Program-made: the position numbers and the translations under genes
The notes under the pieces: generated by a model
The model's input: the letters and a program-made list of their open reading frames with translations, nothing else
The model's database searches: none
What the model was told of the DNA's origin: nothing
NCBI GenBank assembly: GCA_964477715.1
Contig: CAYZEC010000015.1
Location: 1-58,012, forward strand
From: an uncultured Candidatus Saccharibacteria bacterium
Lineage (GTDB): Bacteria; Patescibacteriota; Minisyncoccia; Minisyncoccales; UBA1441
Reading direction: 5' to 3'
Length of the DNA: 58,012 nt
Part shown: positions 17,195-25,544 of the stretch, in pieces
Numbering within the stretch: the stretch's first letter is position 1
Layout of the letters: each line of letters begins with the position of its first letter

Positions 17195-17899
17195 ATGAAA
17201 AATGGAATTTCATCTGTCACCCCTCCCCTGAAAACCGACGCTGTTTTAATGCGTAAGGATATTGAAAAAGAATTGAAGGAGGCGCATGACGAGGGAAGAA
17301 TCGCTGATTTTAGTTATAAAATTTTGCCTTTTCTTTCTCTGGCTGAAAGGAAAATTGATTTTGGCCTAAATCTTGAAGGAGCTACGATATTAGGAGCCGT
17401 TTCTCTTCGCGGAGTCATTATTGATGGCGATTTGAACATGAATCATGTTATCGTTAAGGGATCCATTTTCTTGGATCAGGCAGCTGTACTTGGCTCAATT
17501 AATTTAGAACAAGCCACTGTTAGAGGCGTCGTCAATTTAGTTGGATCGCAAGTCAAAAACAACCTTAATTTAAATCAGTTGATTAATAATGGTTTCATAA
17601 GCTTAGCAAAGGCAAGAATCGGTCAAGATGTTAATTTAATCAGCGGAAAAATACAAGAATCAAGACACGATAATTTAATTATCGAAGGGAATCTCTATCT
17701 CCGCCAAGCAGTTATCAATGGAAATCTAAATTTACAGAAATCAGCCATTGAAGGTTCGGTTGATTTAATGGAGGTTTTAGTTTTAGGTAATGCTAATTTT
17801 GAAGGAGCATCTATCTCAAAACATTTAATTATCAGAAGTGCTGTTTTAGAAGATGGAATTATTCTAAAAGGAGCCCGCTATCAAAGTTTGATCAAATGA
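17195..17899 (+). CDS. Hypothetical cytoplasmic repeat protein: about 16 tandem 11-residue repeats (L-x-x-A-x-[IV]-x-G-x-[LIV]-N), beta-solenoid-like
   Basis: After a 48-residue head, the sequence parses in strict 11-mers: LAERKIDFGLN / LEGATILGAVS / LRGVIIDGDLN / MNHVIVKGSIF / LDQAAVLGSIN / LEQATVRGVVN / ... No signal peptide or TM helix. The stop overlaps the dnaE ATG (ATGA). Confidence 0.6.
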   Translation: MKNGISSVTPPLKTDAVLMRKDIEKELKEAHDEGRIADFSYKILPFLSLAERKIDFGLNLEGATILGAVSLRGVIIDGDLNMNHVIVKGSIFLDQAAVLGSINLEQATVRGVVNLVGSQVKNNLNLNQLINNGFISLAKARIGQDVNLISGKIQESRHDNLIIEGNLYLRQAVINGNLNLQKSAIEGSVDLMEVLVLGNANFEGASISKHLIIRSAVLEDGIILKGARYQSLIK

Positions 17900-20800
17900 A
17901 GAAGTTCGTTCATCTTCATGTCCACTCTCATTATAGTTTATTGGATGGATTGCCTAAAATTCCAGAATTATTAGACTATACGAAAGAACTCGGCATGGAA
18001 TCTGTTGCCTTGACCGATCATGGCAACCTTTATGGTTTAATAGAATTCTATCAAGAAGCCATTAAAAGAAATATTAAGCCAATTTTAGGTTGCGAAGTTT
18101 ATGTTGCTCAAGGGTCAATGGACCAAAAACAAATTGACGACAAGAGTAGTTATCACTTAACTTTGTTAGCCGAAAATAAAATTGGTTATCAAAATTTAAT
18201 TAAATTAGTAACTGAGGCTAATTTGCGAGGATTTTATTATAAGCCCAGAGTTGACAAAAATCTTTTGAGAGAGAATTCTCAAGGTCTAATTGCTCTCTCT
18301 GGTTGTGCTCAGGGCAAGATACCGCAATTGATTTTGAAAAAACGTTTTGCTGAAGCGAAGGATGAAGCACTCGAATATCAAAAAATTTTTGGGACAAATA
18401 ATTTTTATTTGGAAATACAAAACTGTCCCAGTTTCGACAATCAAACAGAAATCAACAATCATCTCTCTCAAATTTCTCAAGAGACAGGAATTCCCCTAGT
18501 CGCTACAAATGATGTTCATTATTTAAGACCAGCAGACGAAGAAGCTCAAGAAATATTGTTGATGGTTAATACACATACTAATGTTGAGACAACTAACCGC
18601 ATGACTATGATTGGAAGTAGCTCTTATCTAGCGTCACCCGAAGAGATGCATGAAACCTTCAAAGATTATCCCGAAGCACTGAATAATACCCTGAAAATAG
18701 CTGAACGATGTTCTGTAGAAATAGAATTAAATAAATTAAGACTTCCAAAATTTAAGCCTCCTCAGGGTAAAAAAACAGAAGCATACTTGAGAGAATTGTG
18801 CCAAGAAGGTATAGAAAAAAAATTCAAAGAAACAACTCCCGAAATCAAGGAAAGGCTAGCATACGAACTTTCGGTGATTGATAAAATGGATTTTGCTTCT
18901 TATTTTCTGATTGTCCATGATTTTATTAAGTGGGCTAAAGATCAACATATTGTAGTTGGACCAGGCCGAGGAAGTGCACCAGGATCACTCGTTTCATATC
19001 TTTTGGATATTACCACGATCGATCCTTTGAAGCATAAGTTAATTTTTGAACGTTTTTTAAATCCTGAAAGAATTTCTATGCCTGATATTGACATAGATTT
19101 TGCCGATCATCGTCGAGACGAAGTAATTGAGTATGTTGCAAATAAATATGGACGAAATCACGTCGCTCAGATTATTACTTTTGGAACAATGGCCGCCCGA
19201 GGATCTATTAGAGACGTGGGACGAGCACTTGGCTATAGCTATAATTTTTGTGACCAAATAGCTAAAAGCGTTCCTCTCAATATGAATTTATCTCAGGCAC
19301 TCGCTTCTGTTAAAGAATTAAAAGAAAAATATGAATCAGAGGAACAGGCACATCGACTGATTGATTTAGCCATGAAAATTGAAGGAACTGCAAGACATGC
19401 CTCTACTCATGCATGCGGCGTTGTCGTAGCCGATCGTCCCCTTTCCGAAATAATTCCTCTCCAATTAGCTCCTCAAAAAAAGGACAAAATCATTACGCAA
19501 TACAGCATGGAATATGTTGAAGCATTGGGTTTGTTGAAAATGGATTTTCTCGGCTTGCGTAATTTAACTATTATTGAAGAAACCCTACGTCGTATTTACG
19601 CTATTCATAAAATAGATTTAGAGGTTGAATCTATCCCTAGCGATGATAAAAAAACCTATCAACTGCTTCAAAGAGCTGAAACAACTGGTGTTTTCCAGCT
19701 AGAAAGTAGTGGCATGAAAAGCAACTTAAAACAATTAAAGCCCAATAGGTTTGAAGATATCGTGGCAATGGTTGCTCTCTATCGTCCGGGACCAATGCAA
19801 TTTATTCCTCAATATATCTCTCGGAAACATGGCCGTGAAAAATTTAACTATCTTCACCCTGAATTAAAAGAAATTTTATCTGATACTTATGGAATCGCTG
19901 TTTATCAAGAGCAAATAATCCAAATTGCTCATAAGATGGCCGGCTTCTCCCTTTCAGAAGCTGATACTTTACGAAAAGCTATTGGAAAAAAGAAAAAAGA
20001 TTTACTCGACAAACAGCAAGGAAAGTTTATCCAAGGAATGATTGAGAACAAGATTTCCGAGAAAATAGCCAAGGAAATTTGGAATTGGATAATTCCGTTT
20101 GCCAGCTACAGTTTTAATTTAGCTCATGCAACTAGTTATGCTACTATCGCCTATCAAACGGCTTACTTAAAGGCTCACTATCCCCTAGAATTCATGTCTT
20201 CTCTCTTAACGTCACATTCAGGCAATAATGATAAAATTGCCTTTCTGATTCAAGAGTGCAGAAGAGCAAATATTGAAATATTGCCTCCAGATATCAATGA
20301 AAGTTTCTTTAGCTTTTCAGTTGTTCCAAAAGAAAAAGTTATCCGATTTGGTCTTTCAGCAATAAAGAATGTTAGCCAAAAATTAGTGGAGCAAATTATA
20401 GATGAGAGAAAACAGAATGGATCGTTTAAGTCATTTGAAGATTTTATAGCCCGCACTTGTCAAAATGGTCTAGACAAAAAATCACTCGAAAGCATGGCTC
20501 GAGCTGGTGTTTTTGATAATTTAATTGAACGAAATAAAATTGTTAATAATATTAAAAATATTCTTGATTGCGCGCAGGAAATAAAGAAACAAAGCGCAAC
20601 TCAACAAGCTAGTCTCTTTCAAACAACGACCCTAAATCCAACCATTCATTTTGACTCGGAAGGATCAATTACGACATTAGATAAGTTAAGCTGGGAAAAA
20701 GAATTATTGGGTCTTTACGTTAGCGCTCATCCCCTAAATCATTACGAGAAAATGCTTAGCAAGGTAACTACTCCGCTAAAGGATATAGATGATTCTTTGG

Positions 20801-21060
20801 TGGGTAAAATGATTCGCGTCGGTGGAATTGTCAATAAAATTCATAACATTATTACTAAAAATAATGAAAGGATGCTATTCTTAGAATTAGAAGATTTAAC
20901 CGATAAGGTTGAAATCGTTGTTTTCCCTCGCGTTCTTGATATGTATGCTAAAATACTCAAGGAAGGAAATATTATTTTAGTTAAAGGAAGAATTGACCAT
21001 CGAAATGGATCTCTCCAAATGATCGGAGAATCAGCAGAAGAATTAATATCTCAAAATTAA
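17896..21060 (+). CDS. dnaE: DNA polymerase III alpha subunit
   Basis: Has the N-terminal PHP domain (FVHLHVHSHYSLLDG), polymerase core (GPGRGSAPGSLVSYLL, MPDIDIDF) and a C-terminal OB fold. Length is 1054 aa. Confidence 0.95.
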   Translation: MKKFVHLHVHSHYSLLDGLPKIPELLDYTKELGMESVALTDHGNLYGLIEFYQEAIKRNIKPILGCEVYVAQGSMDQKQIDDKSSYHLTLLAENKIGYQNLIKLVTEANLRGFYYKPRVDKNLLRENSQGLIALSGCAQGKIPQLILKKRFAEAKDEALEYQKIFGTNNFYLEIQNCPSFDNQTEINNHLSQISQETGIPLVATNDVHYLRPADEEAQEILLMVNTHTNVETTNRMTMIGSSSYLASPEEMHETFKDYPEALNNTLKIAERCSVEIELNKLRLPKFKPPQGKKTEAYLRELCQEGIEKKFKETTPEIKERLAYELSVIDKMDFASYFLIVHDFIKWAKDQHIVVGPGRGSAPGSLVSYLLDITTIDPLKHKLIFERFLNPERISMPDIDIDFADHRRDEVIEYVANKYGRNHVAQIITFGTMAARGSIRDVGRALGYSYNFCDQIAKSVPLNMNLSQALASVKELKEKYESEEQAHRLIDLAMKIEGTARHASTHACGVVVADRPLSEIIPLQLAPQKKDKIITQYSMEYVEALGLLKMDFLGLRNLTIIEETLRRIYAIHKIDLEVESIPSDDKKTYQLLQRAETTGVFQLESSGMKSNLKQLKPNRFEDIVAMVALYRPGPMQFIPQYISRKHGREKFNYLHPELKEILSDTYGIAVYQEQIIQIAHKMAGFSLSEADTLRKAIGKKKKDLLDKQQGKFIQGMIENKISEKIAKEIWNWIIPFASYSFNLAHATSYATIAYQTAYLKAHYPLEFMSSLLTSHSGNNDKIAFLIQECRRANIEILPPDINESFFSFSVVPKEKVIRFGLSAIKNVSQKLVEQIIDERKQNGSFKSFEDFIARTCQNGLDKKSLESMARAGVFDNLIERNKIVNNIKNILDCAQEIKKQSATQQASLFQTTTLNPTIHFDSEGSITTLDKLSWEKELLGLYVSAHPLNHYEKMLSKVTTPLKDIDDSLVGKMIRVGGIVNKIHNIITKNNERMLFLELEDLTDKVEIVVFPRVLDMYAKILKEGNIILVKGRIDHRNGSLQMIGESAEELISQN

Positions 21061-21062
21061 AT

Positions 21063-22796
21063 ATGAAAATAGAGGAAATAAGACATTCTCTCTCTCATAT
21101 TATGGCCGCAGCTATTCGGGAAATATATCCGGAAGTTAAGTTTGGTATTGGCCCTAGTATTGAAAATGGTTTTTATTACGATGTTGATTTGTCAGAAAAA
21201 TTATCGCCTGATGATTTAACGAAAATCGAGTCGAAAATGAAAAAAATCATCAAGGAAAATTTACCGATTGAAAAGAAAATTATCAACCGTTCTGAAGCAT
21301 TAGATTTATTCAAAAATCAACCATATAAATTAGAATTAATCAAAGAATTAGCAGAAGGAGAAATAAGCACATATCAACTTGGAGAATTCATTGATTTGTG
21401 CAAGGGTCCTCACGTTTCTTCAACGGGGAAAATAGATTCAGAATCTTTCCAGCTACATTCTATTGCTGGTGCTTATTGGCGTGGAGATGAAAAGCGTCCA
21501 ATGCTTCAACGAATTTATGGCTATGCTTTCCCATCTAAAGAAGAACTTGACGCTTTTATCTATCAATTGTCTGAGGCACAAAGAAGAGATCATCGCTTGA
21601 TCGGCAGAAAACTAGAGCTCTTTAAATTTGACGAAAAGCTCGGGCCAGGATTACCCATTTGGTTGCCAAAAGGAGCTATTTTAAAGAAAATTGTCCAAGA
21701 TTTTGTCTTAGACAAATATTTCCAAAATGGGTATGAGCCGATAGAGACTCCTCACATCGCAAGATTGCATTTATGGCAAACCTCCGGTCATGCTGATTTT
21801 TACAAAGAAAGCATGTTTCCCCCCATGCATTTAAGCGAAATATCAGAAGAAGAAAAAGATGATTATCAGCTTCGTCCCATGAACTGTCCTTTCCACATTC
21901 TAGCCTATCAAGATAAGCCTCGTAGCTATCGTGATTTGCCAATTCGTTATAGTGAATTAGGTACAGTTTATCGTTATGAAAAATCTGGCGTATTACATGG
22001 TTTAAATCGAGTCAGAGGGTTCACCCAAGATGATGCTCATATTTGGTGCACCCCCGACCAATTACCAGAAGAAATTAAAAAAACACTAAATTTGGGACTT
22101 GAAATACTTAGTAGTTTCGGGTTCAAGGAATATGATATATATCTTTCTACTCGCCCCGAAAAATACATTGGAGATAAAGAAATCTGGGCGAAGGCAACCG
22201 ATGCCTTAAAAGAAACTCTTGATAGTCAGAAAATAAAATATCAAATTGATGAAGCTGGCGGAGCTTTTTATGGACCCAAAATTGATATTAAGATCAAAGA
22301 TTCTATCGGCAGAAGCTGGCAGTGTACGACCATTCAAGTAGATTTTAATTTACCTGAAAAATTTAACTTATCCTTTATTGATGAAAATGGTCAAGAAAAA
22401 AGACCTATTATGATTCATCGAGCCCTTCTTGGCGCGCTTGAGAGATTCATCGGCGTATTAATTGAACATTATGGGGGACGTTTTCCTGTTTGGTTAAGCC
22501 CCAATCAAGTTGCTATTATTCCCATTTCAGACCGTCATTTAACCTACGCTCAAAAGGTATCTTCCGAGCTTAAAAAGAATTCTTTCCGAGTAGTTATTGA
22601 TAGTCAAGGGAAAACTGTTAATAAGAAAATACTACAAGCAGAAGAACAGCAAATTCCTTTCATTATCGTTATCGGTGATCGAGAGATTGAGAAAGAAAAC
22701 ATCAGCATCAGAGAAAGAGATAAAGCTGATTTATCAACCTTAACAATAGAAGAATTCATAAAAATTCTTCAAAATAAGGTTCGCGAAAAAACTTGA
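21063..22796 (+). CDS. thrS: Threonyl-tRNA synthetase lacking the N-terminal TGS domain
   Basis: Starts directly in the editing domain (RHSLSHIMAAAI...GPSIENGFYYD). Contains class II catalytic motifs and an anticodon-binding domain. Length is 577 aa. Confidence 0.9.
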   Translation: MKIEEIRHSLSHIMAAAIREIYPEVKFGIGPSIENGFYYDVDLSEKLSPDDLTKIESKMKKIIKENLPIEKKIINRSEALDLFKNQPYKLELIKELAEGEISTYQLGEFIDLCKGPHVSSTGKIDSESFQLHSIAGAYWRGDEKRPMLQRIYGYAFPSKEELDAFIYQLSEAQRRDHRLIGRKLELFKFDEKLGPGLPIWLPKGAILKKIVQDFVLDKYFQNGYEPIETPHIARLHLWQTSGHADFYKESMFPPMHLSEISEEEKDDYQLRPMNCPFHILAYQDKPRSYRDLPIRYSELGTVYRYEKSGVLHGLNRVRGFTQDDAHIWCTPDQLPEEIKKTLNLGLEILSSFGFKEYDIYLSTRPEKYIGDKEIWAKATDALKETLDSQKIKYQIDEAGGAFYGPKIDIKIKDSIGRSWQCTTIQVDFNLPEKFNLSFIDENGQEKRPIMIHRALLGALERFIGVLIEHYGGRFPVWLSPNQVAIIPISDRHLTYAQKVSSELKKNSFRVVIDSQGKTVNKKILQAEEQQIPFIIVIGDREIEKENISIRERDKADLSTLTIEEFIKILQNKVREKT

Positions 22797-24089
22797 ATGA
22801 ATTTAGAAAATAATTCAGATAACAACCTGTATTTTTTAGAAACTCTTGGTTGTCAAATGAATATATCTGATTCTGAAAGAATCGCTAGCTTTTTGGAACA
22901 TAAGGGTTGGCAAAGAACCAATAACATCTCCCTCGCTAGCCTAATCATCATTAACATGTGCTCGATCAGAAAATCGGCCGTTAATCGAATTCATGGTTTT
23001 ATCGAAAAAATAAATAATTTAAAAAAGTATAAAACTGGCATAAGAACAGTTTTAACCGGTTGCTTTTTAAATGTTCCCGAGCAATCTAAATTTTTTAAAA
23101 CCTTCAATTTAATTTGTCGAATTGAAGAGTTGCTAGGTCAGGATCATTATTTATCTTTATCTCCCAAGCATGAATCCCCTTTCCGCGCTCGTGTTCCCAT
23201 CATGACTGGCTGTAATAATTTTTGTAGCTACTGCGTTGTTCCTTACACCCGAGGAAGAGAATATAGTCGTCCGGCTCAAGAAATTATTGACGAGATAAAA
23301 GAATTAGTTAAAAATGGTTATCGAGAAATTTGGTTATTGGGGCAAAATGTAAACAGTTATCAGGATTTATCTCAAAAAGATAAAATTGATTTTCCGTCTT
23401 TACTCTCAAAAATAAATGCATTATCAGGTGATTTTTGGATATATTTTACATCTTCTCATCCCAAAGATTTTTCAGATAATTTAATTGAAACAATGGCTAA
23501 ATCCAAAAAGGTAGCACCTTATTTGAATTTACCTCTTCAGTCTGGAAATAATACAATACTTCAGAAAATGAATCGTCCTTATTGTGTCAGGGATTATCAA
23601 AAGAAAGTTAGAAAACTCAGGAAATCATTCGAGAAACACCGCGCTGGAATAGAAAAAAAGATAACCCTTTCAACCGATATTATCGTTGGCTTTCCGGGAG
23701 AAACAAGATTTCAATTTTTGAGTACGGCTCGATTAATGAAAAAAATAGGATTTGATATGGCTTATATTTCTCAATATTCGCCACGTCCTTTAACGAAAGC
23801 ATGGTCCCTCCCTGACAATATAAGCAAGAAAAATAAAAAGAGAAGAGAGATTATTCTAAATAATATTTTAAGAAAAACAGCTTTAAAAAATAACCGTCAA
23901 TATCTTAATCAAATCATACCTGTTTTGATTACAAAAAACGACCAATTAAAAAAATGCCTTATGGGAAAATCGAGAAGTTATAAAAATATACGCATTGAGT
24001 CTAATCAAGATGATCTGATCGGTGAAATAATAGAGGTGTTGATTATCGAAGCGCATCCATGGGGATTGATTGGTGTCCTGAAAAATTAA
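22797..24089 (+). CDS. miaB: Radical-SAM methylthiotransferase (MiaB-type)
   Basis: Has the N-terminal UPF0004 Cys pattern (TLGCQMN), the radical-SAM motif CNNFCSYCVVP and a C-terminal TRAM-like segment. miaA follows. Confidence 0.8.
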   Translation: MNLENNSDNNLYFLETLGCQMNISDSERIASFLEHKGWQRTNNISLASLIIINMCSIRKSAVNRIHGFIEKINNLKKYKTGIRTVLTGCFLNVPEQSKFFKTFNLICRIEELLGQDHYLSLSPKHESPFRARVPIMTGCNNFCSYCVVPYTRGREYSRPAQEIIDEIKELVKNGYREIWLLGQNVNSYQDLSQKDKIDFPSLLSKINALSGDFWIYFTSSHPKDFSDNLIETMAKSKKVAPYLNLPLQSGNNTILQKMNRPYCVRDYQKKVRKLRKSFEKHRAGIEKKITLSTDIIVGFPGETRFQFLSTARLMKKIGFDMAYISQYSPRPLTKAWSLPDNISKKNKKRREIILNNILRKTALKNNRQYLNQIIPVLITKNDQLKKCLMGKSRSYKNIRIESNQDDLIGEIIEVLIIEAHPWGLIGVLKN

Positions 24090-24132
24090 GAAAGGCAGAG
24101 AGTTGATCCAACACTGGATCAAGCCCTCTGCC
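24081..24132 (-). terminator. Long GC-rich hairpin plus U-rich tract terminating the minus-strand membrane-protein gene
   Basis: GGCAGAG(24094..24100)/CTCTGCC(24126..24132) enclose a perfect 8-bp stem TTGATCCA-ACAC-TGGATCAA. On the minus strand it is followed by CUUUCUUAAUUUUU. Confidence 0.55.
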
Positions 24133-24583
24133 CATTCATCAGAGATCGGGCAATTCCGAGAAGCACGGTCAACATAACCGCCTTGAGGATAAGTCCGCCC
24201 CAAATGACCAGTAGTGATTTTTTATCCCTTGTGACTGCTCCATAAAAAATTGTAGCCGCCGTCACTGATGGGATGTAGGGAACAATGTTCAAGAGAAATA
24301 TGAGGATATATCGATATCTCCATTTGGTCAAGTATTCTGCCATTCTTTGACCTTTTCCCTCTCTTCGGGCAAGAGCCGATCCTATGAATCTTTTCAAGCA
24401 TGACCATACTGTCGGATCTCTCTTGACAAAATAGGCCAAAACAATGAAAAGAGTGCTCGTTGTGATTGTGCTTAGCGTTAATGAAGCTATCGCTAAGAAC
24501 ATCGAGCCCCATACCCCTCCTTCTGATAGAATCTGATTACTTAGCCATGCATCCGGCATAAGAAACCAAGCCAACCATCTCAT
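24119..24583 (-). CDS. Hypothetical small membrane protein (154 aa, about 4 TM), GC-rich foreign-looking gene
   Basis: ORF with an ATG start and a perfect SD 6 nt upstream. It runs opposite to the flanking miaB and miaA. Hand-counted GC is 32/60 and 28/60 in lines 24121-24240, against 15/60 in line 23881-23940. Confidence 0.6.
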   Translation of the reverse strand: MRWLAWFLMPDAWLSNQILSEGGVWGSMFLAIASLTLSTITTSTLFIVLAYFVKRDPTVWSCLKRFIGSALARREGKGQRMAEYLTKWRYRYILIFLLNIVPYIPSVTAATIFYGAVTRDKKSLLVIWGGLILKAVMLTVLLGIARSLMNGQRA

Positions 24584-24586
24584 GCT

Positions 24587-24596
24587 TCACCTCCTT
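24587..24596 (-). promoter_or_regulatory. Canonical Shine-Dalgarno AAGGAGGTGA
   Basis: The reverse complement of tcacctcctt lies 6 nt upstream of the ATG at 24583. Confidence 0.6.
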
Positions 24597-24645
24597 GATT
24601 ATTATGAGATCTGATTGTATTTTTATTTTATAATCAAAAATCACG

Positions 24646-25536
24646 ATGTCAACAAATAAGAGGAAAAAATTGATTGTCATTTTAGGCCCAACTGCTACTG
24701 GAAAAAGTAGCTTAGGGGTGAATTTAGCTTTAAAATTCAGAGGAGAAATTATCTCAGCTGATTCTCGACAAGTCTATGGGGGACTTAATATCGGATCTAA
24801 TAAGATTACTGCTCCTGAAATGAAGGAAGTTAATCATCATCTAATAGACGTTGCTTCGCCCAAATTTGATTTTAATGTCGTCCGCTTTCAAAAAATGGCT
24901 TATGTCGCAATTAATAATATTATTAAAAAGGGGAAATTACCCTTTTTAGTTGGCGGATCGCCCCTCTATCTTTATGCTGTTACAGAAGGATGGGTTTTCC
25001 CTCCAGCTCCTCGTAACAATATTTTAAGGAAAGAAATGGCTAGCAAAAATAATGAACAACTCTGTGAGATTTTGGAGAAACTTGATCCTGTCTATCTAAA
25101 AAAGATTGATCGGTCTAATCCGCATCGCCTAATTCGAGCAATAGAAATTAGCACTTGCTTAGGTTATGTTCCTCCAAAATTGAGTTGTCCTCTTTTTAAT
25201 ACTTTGCTAATTGGGCTAAATCCTGATCCAAAAGTCTTAGAAGAAAATATCAAAAAAAGATTAAATAAAAGAATAAAAATTGGTTTAATTGATGAGATAA
25301 ATGATTTGCATCGAAAATCTCTCTCCTGGAAACGACTAGAGGCATTCGGGTTAGAGTATCGCTGGGGATCTCTTTACTGCCAAGGAAAAATAGATAAAAA
25401 AGAAATGGAAAAAAGGATTATTCGCGACAGCATAAAATTAGCCAAGCGCCAGATGACTTGGTTTAAAAAAGATAATCGTATTTCTTGGGCTGGAAATCAA
25501 AAACAGGCAGAATTGATTATAAAAAATTTCTTATAG
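24646..25536 (+). CDS. miaA: tRNA dimethylallyltransferase
   Basis: Has the P-loop ILGPTATGKSSL, SADSRQVY and GGSPLY motifs. Length is 296 aa. Confidence 0.9.
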   Translation: MSTNKRKKLIVILGPTATGKSSLGVNLALKFRGEIISADSRQVYGGLNIGSNKITAPEMKEVNHHLIDVASPKFDFNVVRFQKMAYVAINNIIKKGKLPFLVGGSPLYLYAVTEGWVFPPAPRNNILRKEMASKNNEQLCEILEKLDPVYLKKIDRSNPHRLIRAIEISTCLGYVPPKLSCPLFNTLLIGLNPDPKVLEENIKKRLNKRIKIGLIDEINDLHRKSLSWKRLEAFGLEYRWGSLYCQGKIDKKEMEKRIIRDSIKLAKRQMTWFKKDNRISWAGNQKQAELIIKNFL

Positions 25537-25544
25537 AAATCTCG

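Noticed and set aside
17897-22796. Alternative genetic code (UGA recoding, as in some candidate phyla)
   Set aside because: TGA terminates well-defined genes (17897..17899 before dnaE, 22794..22796 for thrS, 29032..29034 for rpmE). All conserved proteins are full length under the standard code.
24222-24512. 96-aa ORF nested in another frame of the GC-rich membrane-protein gene
   Set aside because: It is shorter, has no SD or start context, and lies wholly inside the longer ORF that has a perfect SD. GC-rich DNA commonly gives such shadow ORFs.
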